A model generated the notes under the pieces. It saw nothing but the letters and a program-made list of their open reading frames with translations, did no database searches and had not been told where the DNA came from. From a virus (Duplodnaviria; Caudoviricetes): a DNA stretch of 64,000 nt. Below, piece by piece: positions 39,877-49,451 of the stretch. A program made the translations under genes and the position numbers. Location of the stretch: IMG/VR virus record IMGVR_UViG_3300033069_001852; one strand, written 5' to 3'. The stretch's first letter is position 1; every line of letters begins with the position of its first letter.

Positions 39877-40370
39877 TGATAAAGCTTAAACCATTATTGA
39901 ACGAGTTGTGGTCTCCCGGCGCCTTAACCAACGGCGACGACGAATTGCGTTCTTATCCTTCCGAAACCGTGACTAAACAGGGGGCCCCCGAATGGTTCAT
40001 GGCGCATGGGACTAATGATTGGCACAATAAAAAAGCATATTGCTCCGCATATATCACCGAGACCGGCGGTAAACCAATGCGCATTTGGGTGGAGATTAAA
40101 ACTCGTGGTCTACGCAAACCCAATGATACGCATAGTTCTCATCACGAACGTGTCCGTAAAGCCATTGCGAAAGTATCCCGGGCCTGGTCCGGTGAAGCTA
40201 AGCGTTTAAAAAAGGAAGTCCGCCTTTCAGAAATTGGCAATCGAAGTTATCCCACCTGGAAAGAATGTTTCGTTCAAGCCTTGAAGAGTCAAAAAGTTGC
40301 GCCCTACATCACCGCACAGGGCACGGACGAGGCTGCGATGGATCCCGTCAATTTTACTCCCCGGAGTTAA
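39873..40370 (+). CDS. Hypothetical protein (paralogue of 39253..39876)
   Basis: MMIKLKPLLNE leader; WKECFVQALKS..VAPYI. Confidence 0.7.
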   Translation: MMIKLKPLLNELWSPGALTNGDDELRSYPSETVTKQGAPEWFMAHGTNDWHNKKAYCSAYITETGGKPMRIWVEIKTRGLRKPNDTHSSHHERVRKAIAKVSRAWSGEAKRLKKEVRLSEIGNRSYPTWKECFVQALKSQKVAPYITAQGTDEAAMDPVNFTPRS

Positions 40371-43300
40371 GGCGTGGTAAAAGCAAAAGTGGCATGTACC
40401 CGGACCGCATTCGGGTCGGTTACAAAAGTGGGCGTGACGATCTTCAGCGCAATCCAATCCCCCTGACTCACTGAATATGATCCACTGGCGCTGGCCGTTA
40501 AAAAGGCTGTGCTCCAACTAGCCGAAACCGACAGGCTACCTGTGCCATTAATGTTGGCTTCGTGGTGAACCGATTCGGTGGAACCAAGGGTACCCGTTAC
40601 TAGCACTTTAACTAACATCTGGCGCAACGTGCCGTTAAACGGAATATACATTTTTGCGTTATTGTAAGTCCCGGTCCGATCATCATACCAACCGTAATAT
40701 GCCACCGTGTTATCTGTCACGGTCCATCCCGCCTTGGGGTGCATCGTGTGCATGTATTGCCACGTTGGAGCGTAAGAAGATGAAAGAGAATATGAACTTG
40801 ACGTGGATGTCCCTGTTAAATCTCCAATGAAAACTGAAGCTTTAAACGAACCCGTTGAAGGATTGAAGGAATAGAGGCTTGTACCTCCTCCGTTCCTTGC
40901 CAAGTTTCTGCTGGTACCGGAATCGAAAACGACACCATATTCGGTGTTATCATTACCGATGTCGGTTATCGTAATTGCGCTGGAAGTTTTTGCCCACGAG
41001 GCCGTTATTGGATATAAACTACCGGTGCTTAGTGAGGTAGCCGAACTACCTCCGTTGAGAGCATACGACGAGGTCAACGCATAACTCGCAGAGATATTTG
41101 TACCGCCCCCAACACTCCCCGACACGCCGTAGGTGCCGATGATCTTGGTGCCGTCAACCGAGCGCAACCAAACCACGGCGACGGTGCCTGCCGCAATCGA
41201 AGTCGGCCAGCCTGTGCCAATGTTCAACCAGCTGTTGGGGAAAGTTAAGGAACTGGACCCCGCAGATGAATTGGAAATAAACAATGCCGTATCGGCAATC
41301 TGACCACTACCCGCCAAGTTGCTATGGGTAAAGTTATAAATAGCGGCATTGGTTAAATTGACCTGTTGATTGGCGGTACTGAAACTTGCCGTAACCCATT
41401 TCAGGGAACTGGTGGTTAACAGGGTGAAAGGTTGATAGGAGGTTACCAAGCTTGCCGTGCTGGCATTGGTCGCATACGAAGCCGACACACTGGGACTGCC
41501 CGGTGCGTAAGACGCCGATAAGGCCGTTAATGCGTAGGACGCACTGACACTTACACTGCCTGAAACACTGAACGAACCAATGATTAAATCATTATTAAGT
41601 GACCGCAGCCATAAGACTCCGACGGCATTGGCCGCAATGGTAGTGGGCCAGCCGGAACCAATGTTTTTCCAGTTGCTGGGAAATACAAGGGAACTGGAAT
41701 TAGCCGCTGAGTTGGAAATGAACAGAGCAATATCCGCCACTTGATTGGTGGAGGCTAAATCACTAGCTGTAAAATTATAGGTCGCGGGATTGACCAGATT
41801 GACCAGCTGACTTGGGTTAGTGAAACTACAGGTAATCCAGTTGCCCGAACCCGTGGTTAAAGTGGTGTTGAACTGATAAGGATTAACACTGGAAGCCGTC
41901 AACGCAATACTTGCTGATAGAGCAAATGATCCTGTGCCTTTGAATAATGACGCCGTGATGACCGAACAGGAAATGTTACCCACGACATCCAGCGTATTAA
42001 CCGCAGTTGTACCTCCGATGGTCACCTTGACGGAATCTGCTCCGGTTCCACCAATGACAGCGGTACGACTGGCGCCGACTTTCGCATTGTATCCCAGAGC
42101 AATTGAACGGGTGATTGACAGAGAGGAACTAACCGCATCGGCATTGGTTCCAATCAAAATGGCATAGCTGCTGGTTGGCGCATCGTAACCGGCGTGATAA
42201 CCCACCATTACGGAATTGCCGGCGTTGGTGGCATTGTAACCCGCTCCCGAACCAACTTGAACCGCAGAACCAGCGTTGGTGGAATTCTTAGCGGCATCGT
42301 GCCCGATCTGAACGGCTTGCGATGCGGTGGTTGAATTGCCCGCGGCTTCATTACCGATCTGGACAGCTAAGTCTGAGACGGTGGAAGTTTTGCCCGCCCA
42401 GAACCCAATCTTGACGGCTTGATTTCCATTAACGGTATCTTTGCCCGCTTCATAACCAATCGCAACTTCACCCGAAGATGATACCGTATTGGCATTAACC
42501 CCGTAACCGATCTGAACATTGATGTTGGATTGTTGAGTCTTGGGAATCCCGAACCCGATTTGAACGGAACTGGTATTGATGCTGCCTTGGTGATAACCGC
42601 CGATTGCCATACCACCTGAAGCACTGATAGCGTTCAAGGCCCAACTGGCGGTGATGGGATACAGGCTGCCTGTGCTTAAAGTCGTTCCTGAACCACCATT
42701 CAATACGTACGAAGCGGTCAACGCATAGGACGCGCTTAATGAACTAGAGGCGTAACTTGAGCTTACAGCATTTAAAGAATTAGTTGCCCACAAGCTTTGT
42801 GTGGAGAAAACAGATTGACTGGAATAAACCGAAAAGGCGGATGAAATGGAAGTGAATGAAAAACTGGAAGTAAACGCATAGGACGCCGTGCGCGCATAGC
42901 TTGAGCTTAGCGCATACGAAGCCGAAAGCGCATATGATGCGGAAAGCGCATTAGCGGCTGAGCCAGTTAAGTCACCAATGAAAACCAGGGCTTTAAATGA
43001 GCCAGTTAAGGGATTGAAAGAGAAGATGCTTGTGCCGCCGCCGTTGCGCACTAAGTTGCTGCCCCCGCCATCAAACACGACCCCATAGTCAGTGTTGGGG
43101 TTTCCTATGTCAGTGACGATAACTGCGCTAGCAGTTTTAGCCCAGGAAGAAGTTACCGGATATAAGCTTCCTGTGCTTAAAGTCGTTCCTGAATTCGGAG
43201 CATAAGAAGCGGAAATTGCCATACTGGCGGTAATCGGATACAGGCTGCCTGTGCCGATTGTGCCTTGCTTATTATTAAGCGCCGTGACAATGGAACTGGA

Positions 43301-46300
43301 ATTCCAAAAGCTAGCAGTTAAGGCCCACGACGCGGTAATTGGATACAGAGAACTAGTGCTGAGGGTTGTACCTGAACCGCCGCCATTAAGAGCATAGGAG
43401 GCAGTAATAGCTACACTAGCGGAAACGGCTATGGTTGCCGATCCGGTTAAGTTGCCAATGAAAACTGAAGCTTTAAATGAGCCAGTTGATGGGTTAAACG
43501 CAAATAGGCTTGTGCCGCCGCCGTTCCTTGCCAAGTTTCCACCGGTACCGGCGTCAAACACGACTCCGTATTCGGTGTTGGGATTACCAATGTCGGAGAT
43601 AGTGACTGCGCTTGACGTTTTTGCCCAGGAAGAAGTTACCGGATACAAACTCCCCGTGATTAAACTTGTGCCAGCGCCACCCCCATTAAGCGCATACGAT
43701 GCGGTCAACGCATAGGAAGCACTGACACTTGGCGAACCGGGAGCGTAAGAAGCTGAAATGGCTCGGCTGGAAGTTATGTAATATAGCCCACCAACATTTA
43801 CACCTGAACTGCTGGGTGGGGCAAAAATGTTGTTGAGGGTCGTCATCATCGACCCAGTACCGCTGTCGCCAAAAACATTTATGCGATACCAGTTGTTATC
43901 GTCGTCGGAGTAAGAGTAAATCTGTCCGCCAACGATCTTGGTTTTATCTGAGTCAACTACTGACGCCGTCGCCGTATAGGAAGAGGAAATCGAACTGGAC
44001 CCATTCGTTGTATAACCCGAACTGCCTGAAACGGTAAATGTCCCAATGATATTGCCATTATCCAAGGCTCGTAACCACATCATTCCGATTGTGCTAGCGG
44101 CGATGCTGGTGGGCCAACCCGTACTAATGTTCTTCCAGTTGTTGGGGAAACTTAATGAACTGGTGGCATTGGCGGAATGGCTAATATACAAGGCGAAATC
44201 CGCAATCTGGCCTGTGCTTGGTAGATTACTCTGCGTGAAACTATATGCCTTGGCCGTAGTCAAATTAACCTGTTCATTCGGCGTGGCAAAACTACAAGTG
44301 ATGACGTTCAATGAACTGGTGTTAACCACCGTGTAAAATTGATACGGGGAGACATATGAGCTACTGACTGAACTTCCGTTTAACGCATAAGAGGCTGTTA
44401 ACGCATAACTGGATGATGAACCAATGCTTCCAGAAAAATTCCAAGAACCAATTATAGTTGTGGTGTCAATGGATCTTAACCAGAGAATCCCAACCGTATT
44501 ACCCGCAATAGTTGTTGGCCAGCCACCACCAATGTTTTTCCAATTGGCTGGAAAAGATACGGAACTGGAAGTGCTTGCGGAATGAGAAACAAATAAGGCA
44601 ATATCCGATACATTATTTGCGGTGGAAATATTACTTGCGGTAAATCTATAATTAGTTGCCGCCACTAAATTGATGATCTGACTTGGATAAAGAAAACTAC
44701 AGGTAATCCAGTTGCCTGATCCGGAGGCAATAGTAATGTAATTCTGACTTGGTACAAGATAAGATGCCGTATCCGCTGTCCCTGTTAGATTACCAATAAA
44801 TAAAGTTGCTTTAAATGAGCCAGTGGACGGGTTAAAAGAGAAAAGACTCGTCCCGCCGCCATTGCGCACTAAATCGCTACCACTTGTAAAGACCACCCCA
44901 AATTCGGTATTGGGATTTCCAATATCAGTGATGGTAACCGCCGATGCGGTTTTAGACCAGGACGCCGTGATGGGATACAAGCTCCCTGTGTTCAGGGACG
45001 TTCCTGGGCCTCCGCCGTTGAGCGCATAGGATGCCGTGAGCGCATAGGATGCGCTAACGCTTGGTGAGCCTGGAGCATAAGAAGCTGAAATGGCTCGGCT
45101 GGAAGTTATATAATACAAACCCCCAACGTTTACTCCGGATGAACTCGGTGGCGCAAAGATATTGTTAAGGGTGGTCATCATTGACCCGGTACCCATATCA
45201 CCGAAAACGTTTATGCGATACCAGTTATTGTCATCATCTGAATAGGAATAGATTTGCCCGCCGACAATCTTAGTTCGATCTGAGTCCAAAACTGAAGCGG
45301 TGGCCGTGTATGAACTACTGATTGAACCTGTGCCTCCGGAGCCTCCGTTTAGGGCATATGATGCGGTTAGCGCATAGGACGCACTAAGGCTTGGTGAACC
45401 TGGCGCATAACTCGCGGAAACACAGAAGGCTGCGTCGAGCGCAAAATCGGCAGTCTGAGCGTGTTCCGTGAAAGAAGCAGTTAATGAACTGGACGCCCAA
45501 GACGCACTAATCGCGAGAGAACTTGGTTGGGCTGGGGCCCAGGAAGCACTCAGCGCCCAACTTGCCGTTATAGGATAAGTGGATCCGGTGGTTAATGAAG
45601 TACCACCAGCACCTCCATTTAACGCATAAGAAGCGGTAATTGCGTGGCTGGCAGTCCCGGTCAAATTACCAAGGAAGACGACGGCTTTAAATGAACCCGT
45701 GGAAGGGTTAAACGCAAAAAGACTGGTACCGCCGCCGTTGCGAACCAATTCACCCGCTCCGGTGCCGTTAAACACCACCGGATAATCGATATTCGGGTTG
45801 CCGATATCAGCAATGGTCACGGTGCTTGCGGTTTTAGCCCAGGAAGCCGTGCCGGTTAAATCGCCGATGAAAACCGAAGCTTTAAATGAGCCGGTAGAGG
45901 GATTAAACGCAAATAGGCTGGTGCCACCCCCGTTGGTCAGAAGATCCTGATTAGATTGAAATACGACTGGGTATTCGGTGTTGGGATTACCGATGTCAGT
46001 AATGGTGGTCCGCGAAGACGTTAAGGCTGTTAGAGAACTGGATGCCCAAGACGCTGACCGTGCGTTTAATGAATTAGTAGCCCAGACAGATTGAGTAGCA
46101 TATTGGGCCCAAGTGGATCCTGAAGCGTATGAATTTGACTGGTTGTAAATCGTGACGTTGTAATATTGGTAATAACTTGTGGTTGTCGCATAACTCGCGG
46201 AAAGTGCGGTCGTTGCGAAACTGGAAGTTAAACTGGCGGAGGCCCAGCTGGCGGAAATGCTATAGGAGGCATAAAGCCCGGAGCCGCCCATCCCAATGCT

Positions 46301-46468
46301 ATATTTCGCTGCCCAATCGGTTATTTTGTCGGCCATAATATGGCCAAACTCATCCAAGTAAACAATCGCATCTGACGCGGAAATGTTTATCTGTTCATAT
46401 TTGGTATTCGCATCACTGCGTTGGATGAACACCGCATCCTTGGAATGTACTTGTGGAGTAAAGGCCAT
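40367..46468 (-). CDS. Modular fibre-like virion protein (2033 aa) with a YadA-head-like repeat segment
   Basis: Repeated modules (DIGN...FNP.TGSFKA x6; WKNI/WLNI..GWP...WLR x4), about ten 14-aa V(Q/A/K)IGxxA repeats, and SASYA linkers. Confidence 0.75.
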   Translation of the reverse strand: MAFTPQVHSKDAVFIQRSDANTKYEQINISASDAIVYLDEFGHIMADKITDWAAKYSIGMGGSGLYASYSISASWASASLTSSFATTALSASYATTTSYYQYYNVTIYNQSNSYASGSTWAQYATQSVWATNSLNARSASWASSSLTALTSSRTTITDIGNPNTEYPVVFQSNQDLLTNGGGTSLFAFNPSTGSFKASVFIGDLTGTASWAKTASTVTIADIGNPNIDYPVVFNGTGAGELVRNGGGTSLFAFNPSTGSFKAVVFLGNLTGTASHAITASYALNGGAGGTSLTTGSTYPITASWALSASWAPAQPSSLAISASWASSSLTASFTEHAQTADFALDAAFCVSASYAPGSPSLSASYALTASYALNGGSGGTGSISSSYTATASVLDSDRTKIVGGQIYSYSDDDNNWYRINVFGDMGTGSMMTTLNNIFAPPSSSGVNVGGLYYITSSRAISASYAPGSPSVSASYALTASYALNGGGPGTSLNTGSLYPITASWSKTASAVTITDIGNPNTEFGVVFTSGSDLVRNGGGTSLFSFNPSTGSFKATLFIGNLTGTADTASYLVPSQNYITIASGSGNWITCSFLYPSQIINLVAATNYRFTASNISTANNVSDIALFVSHSASTSSSVSFPANWKNIGGGWPTTIAGNTVGILWLRSIDTTTIIGSWNFSGSIGSSSSYALTASYALNGSSVSSSYVSPYQFYTVVNTSSLNVITCSFATPNEQVNLTTAKAYSFTQSNLPSTGQIADFALYISHSANATSSLSFPNNWKNISTGWPTSIAASTIGMMWLRALDNGNIIGTFTVSGSSGYTTNGSSSISSSYTATASVVDSDKTKIVGGQIYSYSDDDNNWYRINVFGDSGTGSMMTTLNNIFAPPSSSGVNVGGLYYITSSRAISASYAPGSPSVSASYALTASYALNGGGAGTSLITGSLYPVTSSWAKTSSAVTISDIGNPNTEYGVVFDAGTGGNLARNGGGTSLFAFNPSTGSFKASVFIGNLTGSATIAVSASVAITASYALNGGGSGTTLSTSSLYPITASWALTASFWNSSSIVTALNNKQGTIGTGSLYPITASMAISASYAPNSGTTLSTGSLYPVTSSWAKTASAVIVTDIGNPNTDYGVVFDGGGSNLVRNGGGTSIFSFNPLTGSFKALVFIGDLTGSAANALSASYALSASYALSSSYARTASYAFTSSFSFTSISSAFSVYSSQSVFSTQSLWATNSLNAVSSSYASSSLSASYALTASYVLNGGSGTTLSTGSLYPITASWALNAISASGGMAIGGYHQGSINTSSVQIGFGIPKTQQSNINVQIGYGVNANTVSSSGEVAIGYEAGKDTVNGNQAVKIGFWAGKTSTVSDLAVQIGNEAAGNSTTASQAVQIGHDAAKNSTNAGSAVQVGSGAGYNATNAGNSVMVGYHAGYDAPTSSYAILIGTNADAVSSSLSITRSIALGYNAKVGASRTAVIGGTGADSVKVTIGGTTAVNTLDVVGNISCSVITASLFKGTGSFALSASIALTASSVNPYQFNTTLTTGSGNWITCSFTNPSQLVNLVNPATYNFTASDLASTNQVADIALFISNSAANSSSLVFPSNWKNIGSGWPTTIAANAVGVLWLRSLNNDLIIGSFSVSGSVSVSASYALTALSASYAPGSPSVSASYATNASTASLVTSYQPFTLLTTSSLKWVTASFSTANQQVNLTNAAIYNFTHSNLAGSGQIADTALFISNSSAGSSSLTFPNSWLNIGTGWPTSIAAGTVAVVWLRSVDGTKIIGTYGVSGSVGGGTNISASYALTSSYALNGGSSATSLSTGSLYPITASWAKTSSAITITDIGNDNTEYGVVFDSGTSRNLARNGGGTSLYSFNPSTGSFKASVFIGDLTGTSTSSSYSLSSSYAPTWQYMHTMHPKAGWTVTDNTVAYYGWYDDRTGTYNNAKMYIPFNGTLRQMLVKVLVTGTLGSTESVHHEANINGTGSLSVSASWSTAFLTASASGSYSVSQGDWIALKIVTPTFVTDPNAVRVHATFAFTTP
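40824..40888. repeat. Exact 65-nt inverted repeat, partner at 59270..59334
   Basis: Base-by-base reverse-complement identity. Confidence 0.9.
42759..42823. repeat. Exact 65-nt inverted repeat, partner at 57437..57501
   Basis: Base-by-base reverse-complement identity; similarity extends further with mismatches. Confidence 0.9.
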
Positions 46469-46546
46469 ACTTATTCAATGGATAAATATGACTGGGTCAG
46501 ACCTTTTGAAGAAAAGTTATAATGGTTGCGGCCATGGTTTGAAAAA

Positions 46547-47083
46547 TTAAAGTTTAAAATAAGAATATTCCTCCACAATTGGAGAGTAATAGAGGGTATC
46601 AATTTTCACAGAAATCCGCTGGGGAGTTAGATTAAAAACAAATTTCCCCTTCTGGACATAGGCCAAGGTCAAGTGGGGATGATAGACAGGATATTCATCG
46701 TGGTTAGGAAATTTTGAAAATTGTTCGTGTAAACGGGTTAATTGAGGGGCTCGAACATCAAATTTTACCACATCATAATCGGGATTATTATCAAACAGAC
46801 TCAATTGGATCAAATCGATGTTGAAGGGTTTGACGCCTTTCAACACACTCCGGATTTGGAGTTCATTCAGGTCGGGTTGAAATCCATATTTAACCGTGAC
46901 ATGCGGCTCTTTTTCCCGCCCAAACTCACTTCCTTTCACATATAAAATGGAATCGGAGATAATCCGCTGGTTAAAATTTATAAGCTTTTGCGCGGAAGTT
47001 CCGGTTACCCGAGCCATAAGGCAACCATAGGAGTTGGAGGGACCCGCAGCTTCCGTCAATAATTGGCGATAGGAGATGTTCAT
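46547..47083 (-). CDS. 2H phosphoesterase, Acb1/T4 gp57B-like (candidate anti-CBASS nuclease or 2',3'-cyclic phosphodiesterase)
   Basis: Two HxT motifs: PHVTVKYG and YHPHLTLAYV. Confidence 0.8.
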   Translation of the reverse strand: MNISYRQLLTEAAGPSNSYGCLMARVTGTSAQKLINFNQRIISDSILYVKGSEFGREKEPHVTVKYGFQPDLNELQIRSVLKGVKPFNIDLIQLSLFDNNPDYDVVKFDVRAPQLTRLHEQFSKFPNHDEYPVYHPHLTLAYVQKGKFVFNLTPQRISVKIDTLYYSPIVEEYSYFKL

Positions 47084-47271
47084 GGGGTAAATGTTCTTTC
47101 GGCTAAATGTTTCAATCTATCTTCCATCTTAGAAGAAACCAGCAAACAATCCGCGTCCGTCCACATTTCATACGGATTATCGTGGATATTTCCAAAAATA
47201 TGTTCAAGCGGAAGAATTTTAAATCCCTTTTTCGCCAAGGCCATGGAAATGTTTTTAGTTCGCTGTGCCAT
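47080..47271 (-). CDS. Small hypothetical protein
   Basis: 63 aa; overlaps both neighbours in the operon. Confidence 0.55.
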   Translation of the reverse strand: MAQRTKNISMALAKKGFKILPLEHIFGNIHDNPYEMWTDADCLLVSSKMEDRLKHLAERTFTP

Positions 47272-48703
47272 TTTCCAATTCCTTTCGTATTACCGCTAGA
47301 GCTTCCTCACGGCTGACGCCCGGATTCTCATACCACATATCAGTGACCTTACCCAATAGTTCAGTAAATCTTGGTCCAGGTTTAATACCCAGTGCGATCA
47401 AGTCATGCCCATTAATTGGCAGTTGGGGTTTTTTCTTAATCAAGTTCATATCCAAGGTGGCCAAACGAGCCTTGATCAATTTTATTTGATTGGGCATAGC
47501 CGACGCATCCGCATGCGCAGTATTATCCGCGTGGATCAGATCCAAAGTATCCTCCAACTGCTCACCCATATCTACCCGGAATTTTCGTAAAGCTTTATCG
47601 CTGATATCCGCAGAGTCGCCGGCACCCTTTAGGCGCATATGATTTTCCACGCCCTTACATACGGCGTCAATCAATTCCGTGGGATATTTCAACCGGGTCA
47701 TTACGATCCGGGTTATTTTGGCGCCTTCGTCTTCATGCCGATAAAAATGAACACCCGTTGGTGTCACTGAGCGGGTCACGGTTTTACCTATGTCGTGAAA
47801 TAAAGCCATTAAGCGTTGAATTAATACCGGGTTCGTCTTGCTCAAAACTTCAAGGGTGTGGTCAAAGACATCGTGTTTATGATGAATGTTCTGGGTCATT
47901 TTGATGGCCGGGATCAATTCAGGAATTGTATACGGCAACAAACCAACTATCCTCAACAATTTAATGGCTCGGTGGGGCGACCCCGTCTGGAGCATTTTAT
48001 TCAGTTCATCCTTAATGCGTTCTTTGGAAATGATTTCCATCCGCGGCGCATTTTTCTTGATGGCCCGGATCATAAACATCGGCAAATCCCAATTATACTT
48101 TATGGTAAATCGAATGGCCCTTAGCATGCGCAACGGATCGTCGCTAAAAATCTGATCAGGCTGGATTGCGGTTTTGACAATTCCCCGCTTGATGTCTTCA
48201 ACCCCATGCCCCGTCAGATCCAAAATTTCACTGGTGGTTAAATCTTTCAATAAAGAATTGGTGGTAAAATCACGCCGTTCGGCATCGTCCCGCATAGTGC
48301 CATGCGAAACGGTCGGATTGCGACTATTGGGATCATCATAAGTTTCTTTGCGGGGCATGACAGCTTCAATATCCAAGTCGGATAAATCCTGACCGTTATG
48401 TTTCACCCCACGCAGATTAAATTTAGCCGTGCCATATTTGCTCGCAATGACAGGATTACTGCCCTGTTTATAGGCCCCAACTTTTTTGGTGATCCAATCG
48501 GAAAATTCCACTCCGCCATTGGGTTTGTTGACGACCAGGTCCAAATCTTTAGCATCCACTCCCATTAATTCATCTCGTACTGCGCCACCGGCTAGATACA
48601 CACGACCTTCCCACTCTGTTCCTTTTATTGTTTTAGATAAAAAATCTAATGCTGCCTTTTCTACTAACCCCTCATTTATCAAATTTTTAAGATTGACATC
48701 CAT
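47255..48703 (-). CDS. cca: Class II tRNA nucleotidyltransferase (CCA-adding enzyme) with HD domain
   Basis: GGAVRD..DLD, DAERRDFTTN, DDPLRMLRAIRF, SKERIKDE, HT...LFHDIGK HD domain, INGHDL..LGIKPGP tail. Confidence 0.9.
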   Translation of the reverse strand: MDVNLKNLINEGLVEKAALDFLSKTIKGTEWEGRVYLAGGAVRDELMGVDAKDLDLVVNKPNGGVEFSDWITKKVGAYKQGSNPVIASKYGTAKFNLRGVKHNGQDLSDLDIEAVMPRKETYDDPNSRNPTVSHGTMRDDAERRDFTTNSLLKDLTTSEILDLTGHGVEDIKRGIVKTAIQPDQIFSDDPLRMLRAIRFTIKYNWDLPMFMIRAIKKNAPRMEIISKERIKDELNKMLQTGSPHRAIKLLRIVGLLPYTIPELIPAIKMTQNIHHKHDVFDHTLEVLSKTNPVLIQRLMALFHDIGKTVTRSVTPTGVHFYRHEDEGAKITRIVMTRLKYPTELIDAVCKGVENHMRLKGAGDSADISDKALRKFRVDMGEQLEDTLDLIHADNTAHADASAMPNQIKLIKARLATLDMNLIKKKPQLPINGHDLIALGIKPGPRFTELLGKVTDMWYENPGVSREEALAVIRKELENGTAN

Positions 48704-49451
48704 AAGACAATTCTTCTTTCTTGGTGTGGTCAGGCCCTAATAAAAAATTATAATTCCACCCCTTTTCTTTACAAAATTCAATAGCGACTGTTGCCTTCTT
48801 TATATCCACCGATTTTATCCAACCTTTTATCTCTTCAATTGTATTTCCATTTACAAAAAAATCTGGTACATAATATGTTTTCAATCCATTCTCACTAATA
48901 TACGGAATTCTTATTTTATGTTTCTTTGTCCAAGATATTCTGTTTTCATCATACCACTTCATTCTTTTTAATTCATACGAACTATCATACCACTCTTGTT
49001 CACCATTATCTTTTACATAAAATCCAGTTTTCCAATTATTCTTAATGGTGTATTTTCCTTCTGATAGTCGTTTCGTATATGTATTCGTTCTTTTTTCTAT
49101 TCCTTCTGGAGTTTTCCAGTGATTGGATAATAACATCCGATTTCGAATAGCCTCTCTTCTCACTGGATTATTACATGCTGTTTTTTGTTTTTCTTTTATT
49201 TCTGGACAATTCATCGGGTTGTTTATAGATAACCACTCTCTAAACTTTTTTCGTTTTGATGGATTTTTATCACCCAGAAATTTAGCGGCGACTTCCGGTT
49301 TTTTCATCGGATTAGCACATGAACGACATCTTTTTTGTTTTTTTCTTGATGAATAGTAATTGGACTTTGTTGAGTATGGCATGTCTGTTCCACATGATGG
49401 ACATTCTTTTATCCAATATACCTTACCATTTATTATTTGTGTATTAATCAT
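48687..49451 (-). CDS. Probable homing endonuclease (Zn ribbon, NP-repeat helices, C-terminal PD-(D/E)XK TnsA-like nuclease)
   Basis: CPSC/CRSC; NPM/NPS repeats; YDSSYE...YVPDF..IEEIKG; AT-rich insert lacking the leader of its neighbours. Confidence 0.7.
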   Translation of the reverse strand: MINTQIINGKVYWIKECPSCGTDMPYSTKSNYYSSRKKQKRCRSCANPMKKPEVAAKFLGDKNPSKRKKFREWLSINNPMNCPEIKEKQKTACNNPVRREAIRNRMLLSNHWKTPEGIEKRTNTYTKRLSEGKYTIKNNWKTGFYVKDNGEQEWYDSSYELKRMKWYDENRISWTKKHKIRIPYISENGLKTYYVPDFFVNGNTIEEIKGWIKSVDIKKATVAIEFCKEKGWNYNFLLGPDHTKKEELSYGCQS

